A stretch of 64,000 nucleotides of DNA from Neoechinorhynchus agilis. Its lineage: Eukaryota > Animalia > Acanthocephala. How positions within the stretch are numbered: position 1 is the first letter of the stretch; each line of letters begins with the position of its first letter. The notes under the pieces were generated by a model, which made no database searches, was not told the DNA's origin, and saw nothing but the letters and a program-made list of their open reading frames with translations. Of the stretch, positions 58,741 through 64,000 are shown piece by piece. The stretch lies in NCBI GenBank assembly GCA_051530055.1, contig CM121343.1, positions 2,016,389-2,080,388 of the forward strand, written 5' to 3'. The translations under genes and the position numbers were made by a program.

Positions 58741-59520
58741 TCATTAATGCAAGACTGTGGCCTAGTTCGAAATTAGAAGTTTACAAAACTCAATTTCAAC
58801 ATTTTTGGAGATGTGGTTTTCATAAATCGTCGATTAAAAATCTCCTTTTGAATAGGAAATCAAATCGGAACTAACTGAAAGTGTAATTTAGGTATTCACT
58901 TGGTAAGGAATTTTTCATTAAATACTTTACGAACCTCATCGGATTCATCATCAGTTTGTTGGTTTTTAAAAGACCACCACAAAATCGAAAAATTGGTCGC
59001 TGGTTTCCACGGGGGGGGTTGCGAGGCTGCGGTAAGGGTGGGGTCAGGTTTTGAGATCGCCCATTGGCCCCAGAAGAGGGTTGGACCTGTCCCTTCGAGT
59101 GCGACTGAGCGCCTCCGAGGTGTATGAGTTAGCCAAGAGGCTCCCAAAGACATGCCGTGAGGCCCTGAGGGTATGCGATTTAAAATAAATGAAGTACACT
59201 GAGTATGTTTTTAATCCATTATTCGAAGGAGAAAGTAATATTAAACATGAACTGGAGATTCTAAAACAAAATGGATGCAACCATTTCTCGATTTTTCTTT
59301 TACATCCAGAAAGGAATTTCGGTTTCAAGCTTACGTTTAATTTTACTTTCTTGGTTCAATAATTTATAAAAAAAACACTCAATGTACTTTATGTGCATAA
59401 ATGGACGTGAATTACGAGGTTATTACAATGTTCAAAATCTTGTATCACTAAACTATTAATCATATCGAGAGAAAATCCATCAGGATGTAAAATTTTGACT
59501 TGTAGTGAAGAATACTCAGG

Positions 59521-59675
59521 CGGTTAAAAATCGTTTTATTCTTCTGAAATATTTCGAAAGAGAAAAAACCTCGCCTTCTCAATCATTGCTGCGAATAAAA
59601 CACTTTAACAATGATTGAGAAGCCGAAGTTTCCTCTTTCGAAATATTTCAGAAGAATATAGTGATTTTTAAGCCG
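59521..59675. mobile_element. Fold-back element whose arms are degenerate Penelope-type hammerhead motifs (in an ATG16L intron)
   Basis: Arms 59521-59588 and 59609-59675 are inverted. Each reads caatga-TTGAGAAG..(c/t)ctctttc-GAAA-TATT-tca outward, related to the motifs at 41998 and 61311. Confidence 0.7.
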
Positions 59676-60039
59676 AAGATGCTCAGTGTGCTAAAGTTTC
59701 GACTATATTTTTTATAAGAACGGCTATCCTCTCTCAAGATAGGTAAATATTGTGAGTGAATGGGATTTCAAGATAAAAGTTATAAATAGTTCTAATTGTG
59801 AACTTGATGCTCTCATAGTGATTCAAAGGTTGGATTCCCAGAAATTTGAATTATTAGAACTATTCTTAGAATTTCCGAGTTGCCAATATAATGCACTATT
59901 TTGTTCTTAATGAGCAACCAACCAATAGGCGTTTCGTAGTTCCAACACTATACAGCCTCAAAGCGTAATCAATTGATCCACTATACAGTATTGATCCCTA
60001 TGTTTAAATTCAAAATTATTTGAATGGAATCCAATTCGC

Positions 60040-60471
60040 ACCTGATCATCGAACTCTAACGCAGATATGGCACCGTTACTGTTCGTGTATGAAAACCCAA
60101 GCTTAGGCAATTCATTTGTTGTTCCACAAACATCTACTGACCATAAATCAACTTTGCGATCGTATCCACCGATGGCGACTATGGATCCAGACGGATGGAA
60201 TTTCGCGATTACATTATCAGCGGATGATGTTTTCTAAACGCCGTCAGAGCAAAAACTCTAAAAATGAGCTTACCCATTCGAAACTGAGTTTTCTTGGACA
60301 TACGGTTGGCATTGTTACAGCTGTTGAAGTCGAGTGAACCGACGATTCATCGGATTTGGCGGGCTGAGTGAACAGGTTTGAAAAAACACTTATAAAAGCC
60401 GATTTTATATCCGTCTTTTCATCGCATATATCATTTACACGTATCGCAGTGTTTTTAGAATGTTCTTGCAT
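60040..60471 (-). CDS. ATG16L1: ATG16L linker and first WD40 repeats (two exons)
   Basis: MPTVCPRKLSFE|intron|..AKFHPSGSIVAIGGYDRKVDLWSV...YTNSNGAISALEFDDQ corresponds to ATG16L1 [20 protein letters not shown]...GSNAGITSIEFD. Confidence 0.85.
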
Positions 60472-60639
60472 TCTAGCGGTTTGAACTTCTGGCCGATAAA
60501 GCTTTTAGTATAAAAAAACCCCATTAAGATCCAGAAGGATAAAACTTCGAAGGAATAAGCTAATTCTATAGCAGTGAAATGATGTGTAATGCCTTGGCTG
60601 TCGAAAATTACGGCTTAAATAACGGTAAAACGTATTCTT

Positions 60640-61351
60640 GTAAGTTATTAATAATCGAGAGAAAATCCCTCGGGATGGTAGAGTTGCCGTGATCATAATC
60701 CCCTTCCCGGATAAAATATATTTTATTGAGATATTTCGCAAGGAAGCCTCGCCGCAAGGGATACTAAATGATAAGAAAATTGATTAAAGAACTAATCAAA
60801 TAATATGAAAATTGTAAGGCATGTTTTTTAAATAATAATCCAATAATCATCGAGAGAAAATTCCTCGGGATGATAGAGTTGCCGTGATCATAATCCCCTC
60901 CCCGGATAAAATATATTTTATTGAGATATTTCGCAAGGAAGCCTCGCCGCAAGGGATACTAAATGATAAGAAAATTGATTAAAGAACTAATCAAATAATA
61001 TGAAAATTGTAAGGCATGTTTTTTAAATAATAATCCAATAATCATCGAGAGAAAATTCCTCGGGATGATAGAGTTGCCGTGATCATAATCCCCTCCCCGG
61101 ATAAAATATATTTTATTGAGATATTTCGCAAGGAAGCCTCGCCGCAAGGGATACTAAATGATAAGAAAATTGATTAAAGAACTAATCAAATAATATGAAA
61201 ATTGTAAGGCGTGTTTTTCAAATATTAATCCAATAATCACCGAGAGAAAATTCCTCGGGATGATAGAGTTGCCGTGATCATAATCCCCTCCCAGGATAAA
61301 ATATATTTTATTGAGATATTTCGCAAGGAAGCCTCGCTTCATCAGTCATTG
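60640..61351 (-). repeat. 195-bp tandem repeat (~3.5 copies) in an ATG16L intron; each unit holds half of a hammerhead-like motif
   Basis: Identical ORFs at 60764, 60959 and 61154 give a period of 195. gagatatttcgcaaggaagcctcgc occurs in every unit, but tcatcagtcattg only in the last. Confidence 0.93.
61311..61351 (-). ncRNA. Penelope-type minimal hammerhead ribozyme candidate (best copy)
   Basis: caatga-CTGATGA-A-GCGAGG-ctt-CCTTGC-GAAA-TA-TC-tcaa: 6-bp stem II, palindromic ATAT in place of stem III, 3-bp stem I (TGA/TCA). Confidence 0.65.
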
Positions 61352-61564
61352 TAAATTATTTCGAGATAAAAGAGAAAGTCAAGAAGCTGTTGTTTGCAAT
61401 TGATCTGGGAAACTTCATAACTTTTTATTTTCGAAACAATTTTCAATGACTGCTAAGACTTCCTCTTTCGAAATATCTTAATATGTTTTATCTGGGATTG
61501 ATTACTTAAGTGGCATTTAAAACATGATATTGGCGATTACCTATTTCAAAATGTAAAATTCGGA

Positions 61565-62104
61565 TCAGAAGCTCAAAGTCTGACGTTCATACTCATCTAG
61601 TTGGAGATTTAATTTGTCAGCGATTTCAGCTTGACCGGACGTATATCGATCGACTAATTCCTCATAATCTTTCTTAAGCGAAGAATATTTTGACTTTGTT
61701 ACATTGGCATCGAGTCTTAATGTTGTGTATTCATCTGCCTGAAGTTGAATAACTCTGTCCTTTTCACTTATAACCGTTTCTCGTTCAGAAATTATCAAAA
61801 GCAAACGATTATTTTCCTTTTTCCACTGAACTTCCTTCACTTCGAAATCGCTAAGCTTCCCATTCAACTCGGCATTGGCTTCTGATAGACGTTGCGCTTG
61901 CTCAGTTGCTGCATCTATACGTTTATGAAGGAAAATCACTTCATGTTGCAACTCAATTAATCTTAAACGATCTCGTTCCCTTCTCGGGCCAATAAGATTG
62001 CGAGGTGAAGGAAAAAGAACGTACCGATTGTTTGCAAACGCCGAATTACTCCGTGTGAGATTAATTGCATCGACTAGTCGACCATCTAAACTAACAAAAA
62101 TCAT
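61565..62104 (-). CDS. ATG16L1: ATG16L N-terminal coiled-coil (ATG16) domain exon
   Basis: ELQHEVIFLHKR..., QLQADEYTTLRL...LKKDYEELVDRYTSGQAEIADKLNLQ resembles the ATG16 coiled coil; same strand and upstream of the WD40 exons. Confidence 0.8.
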   Translation of the reverse strand: MIFVSLDGRLVDAINLTRSNSAFANNRYVLFPSPRNLIGPRRERDRLRLIELQHEVIFLHKRIDAATEQAQRLSEANAELNGKLSDFEVKEVQWKKENNRLLLIISERETVISEKDRVIQLQADEYTTLRLDANVTKSKYSSLKKDYEELVDRYTSGQAEIADKLNLQLDEYERQTLSF

Positions 62105-63092
62105 AATCCATTTGAGTAAATAAAATCAATAATCCTACAATCTTCAATCATCTCATCGTAAATTGAAGTTAATGAATTCCGTTTATCGATTAAGCCCAGC
62201 AGATTTTTCAAAATCATTGCAGAAGACGCCATTTCTTATCTTAAAATGACAGCTCATCGATTCACAAGGCATAAAGTTTCTCGATGAAAAATGTTGAAGA
62301 ATCTTCATTGAACTTATTTTTTAAGACGTTCTTGTAATACGCAGTTCTAAGATGATTCTGTCTACTTTTCTTGAATTTAAAAAAATCGAATAATAAGAAA
62401 AGTTCCAACTTTGAAAACTAGACGACGTCGGACTTCAATCGTAAAGTTGATATTAGATCGGAAACAAAAATCAATAAAACAGCGATTTTTCCACAATTGA
62501 TGCCTTTTATGGTGTTAAACCAATTGAAATGATGGAAAAGACAATTTTAAGAAGGAAAATATTTATTCCCAGAAGCATCAAAGAGAAATCTTTCCTTTAA
62601 GATTTTTAAGAGTAGCTAAAAACCCACCACAAAAAGAGAGTTCATGGCGTTCAAAAATAATCTCATTTCCATCTCCGTCCTTTACCCGGTGAATTTAAGC
62701 CCGCAGTTTTCTTTCGTGAGCAATCATCATCGATTTGGTAGTTCAAATATCGATTATAATTTCTTGCAGTTTAGAAAATATTGACTTAGTGGAAAGTTAA
62801 GATTATGGCCGTCGAGTGAGGGAAACGAATTAAAAAATAAAAGATTTTATTTGAATTTTCAAAATGATTTCGGTCGCTTAATGGATCGATTTTTATTAAG
62901 TGTCAAACAAAATAATCACTTTAAAAGATTGTTTTGGTCAAGACAAAATAAAGACAATTGATTTAATATTTCGTTCTCTACATGAGACTTCTACAGAATT
63001 GTTTGAAAGTAGAGATATTAAAATGATTTCTGAACAATTCCAAAAAAAAGTTCCACGTCGAAGACGAAATATTAAAATTAAATCAATTTTCT

Positions 63093-63600
63093 TTATTTCG
63101 GCAAATCAAGTTTATTCTTTTCGTTCACGAATTCCTTCTTTTCGTCCAATTCTGCAACTATCGTCATGATTGTTCGGCAGTTTTCTTGATGGCCGCGTTG
63201 GATCGCCGCGCTGATTCGCTGCATCAGGAAGCTGCTGGAGAGCATGTCACCATTGGCATATTTCAGCATCTTTCCCAGTCGAGAAAGGAAATAATCGGCT
63301 CCTTTTCGGAGGCATTCCAGCATCCGCTGGGTCTGGCGACTGCTCCCGCTTTTGAAGTTGGCATCCCGTAAGTGGGACGTTTCGAGAGTGTTGGGGCAAG
63401 TAAAATCCCAAACCAGTATTTTCCCGGAACACCATGCGAGGTCGTTCCGGAAAAGTCCGACTGGTTCGAGGCCGTTGAGAGGGCTCCCCTAATTATGCGG
63501 TTGACTGCCGAGTGCCCTGCGTGGCGAGCATTTGAACGCTTGCAGTCAAGGCCGTGAGTTCCCGTTCACGGTCTCACCGCACCGACATGTAACAAAACCA
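63093..63600 (-). mobile_element. CRE-clade non-LTR fragment (zinc knuckle + restriction-like endonuclease)
   Basis: HGLDCKRSNARHAGHSAVNRIIRGAL, KILVWDFTCPNTLETSHL and FLMQRISAAIQRG. Confidence 0.8.
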
Positions 63601-63679
63601 TTGCAAACGTCACCTAATAAATATCTAAGCTATTTTTTTACAAAAAAATACGAATATTTGTTACAAAAATATGTTTTTA

Positions 63680-63810
63680 AATGGCGGAAAATTTGAAGTA
63701 GATTATTTATTGAGTTTATTGGAATTTTTTCCGAAAAAATAATTGATTAATTCACAAGATTGTGAATCGTTTTCAATAAATTCCTTCAATTTTTTCCGTC
63801 ATTTAAAAAA
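63680..63810. mobile_element. Third copy of the MITE-like hairpin family
   Basis: atggcggaaaatttgaag ... ttccttcaattttttccgtcat. Confidence 0.65.
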
Positions 63811-64000
63811 GAAACATGACTGATTCAATGTTCAGAAATATAAAGATATCTCAAAATACCGAAAATGCTATGTTAAGCAACGATTTCGATTTGGAAACGA
63901 ATGGATAATTCGAATTTCTCTAAAAACGAAGCGAAAGCCTTAAGTGTTTAAAAACTTGTGGATAGTTTGAACATGGCTTAAAAAGTGTAAAATCAAAACA

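Overview
Eukaryotic (metazoan) genomic DNA, AT-rich, with compact genes and tiny 44-54 nt introns, heavily invaded by retroelements and satellites. Recognisable host genes are eIF3c, a TLC-domain membrane protein, a ubiquitin-like protein, REEP5/YOP1, the KDEL receptor, PIG-S, two nuclear receptors (one apparently pseudogenised), ATG16L and a HIPK-like kinase fragment. Degenerate retroelements include Ty3/Gypsy, two RTE LINEs, three CRE-clade fragments, a Penelope-like element (RT + GIY-YIG) and a CR1/L2-like LINE. There are six tandem arrays of 100-250 bp monomers. The most interesting signal is a dispersed, tandem-forming element family (at least six loci) with a tRNA(Ser/Leu)-like Pol III head. 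The head is followed by the three strands of a hammerhead ribozyme in a NON-circularly permuted order: GGGAC-GAAA-TACCTC ... CTCA-CTGATGA-GTCCC ... GAGGTA-TC-TGAG. No copy in this window is intact; the closest, a 7-copy array, lacks 5 nt. A second family carries Penelope-type minimal hammerheads, some in fold-back pairs and inside ATG16L introns. A 6.3 kb satellite is visibly an amplified piece of a LINE reverse-transcriptase ORF. All family assignments come from motif recognition by eye; no searches or folding programs were run. Boundaries of degenerate elements are approximate.
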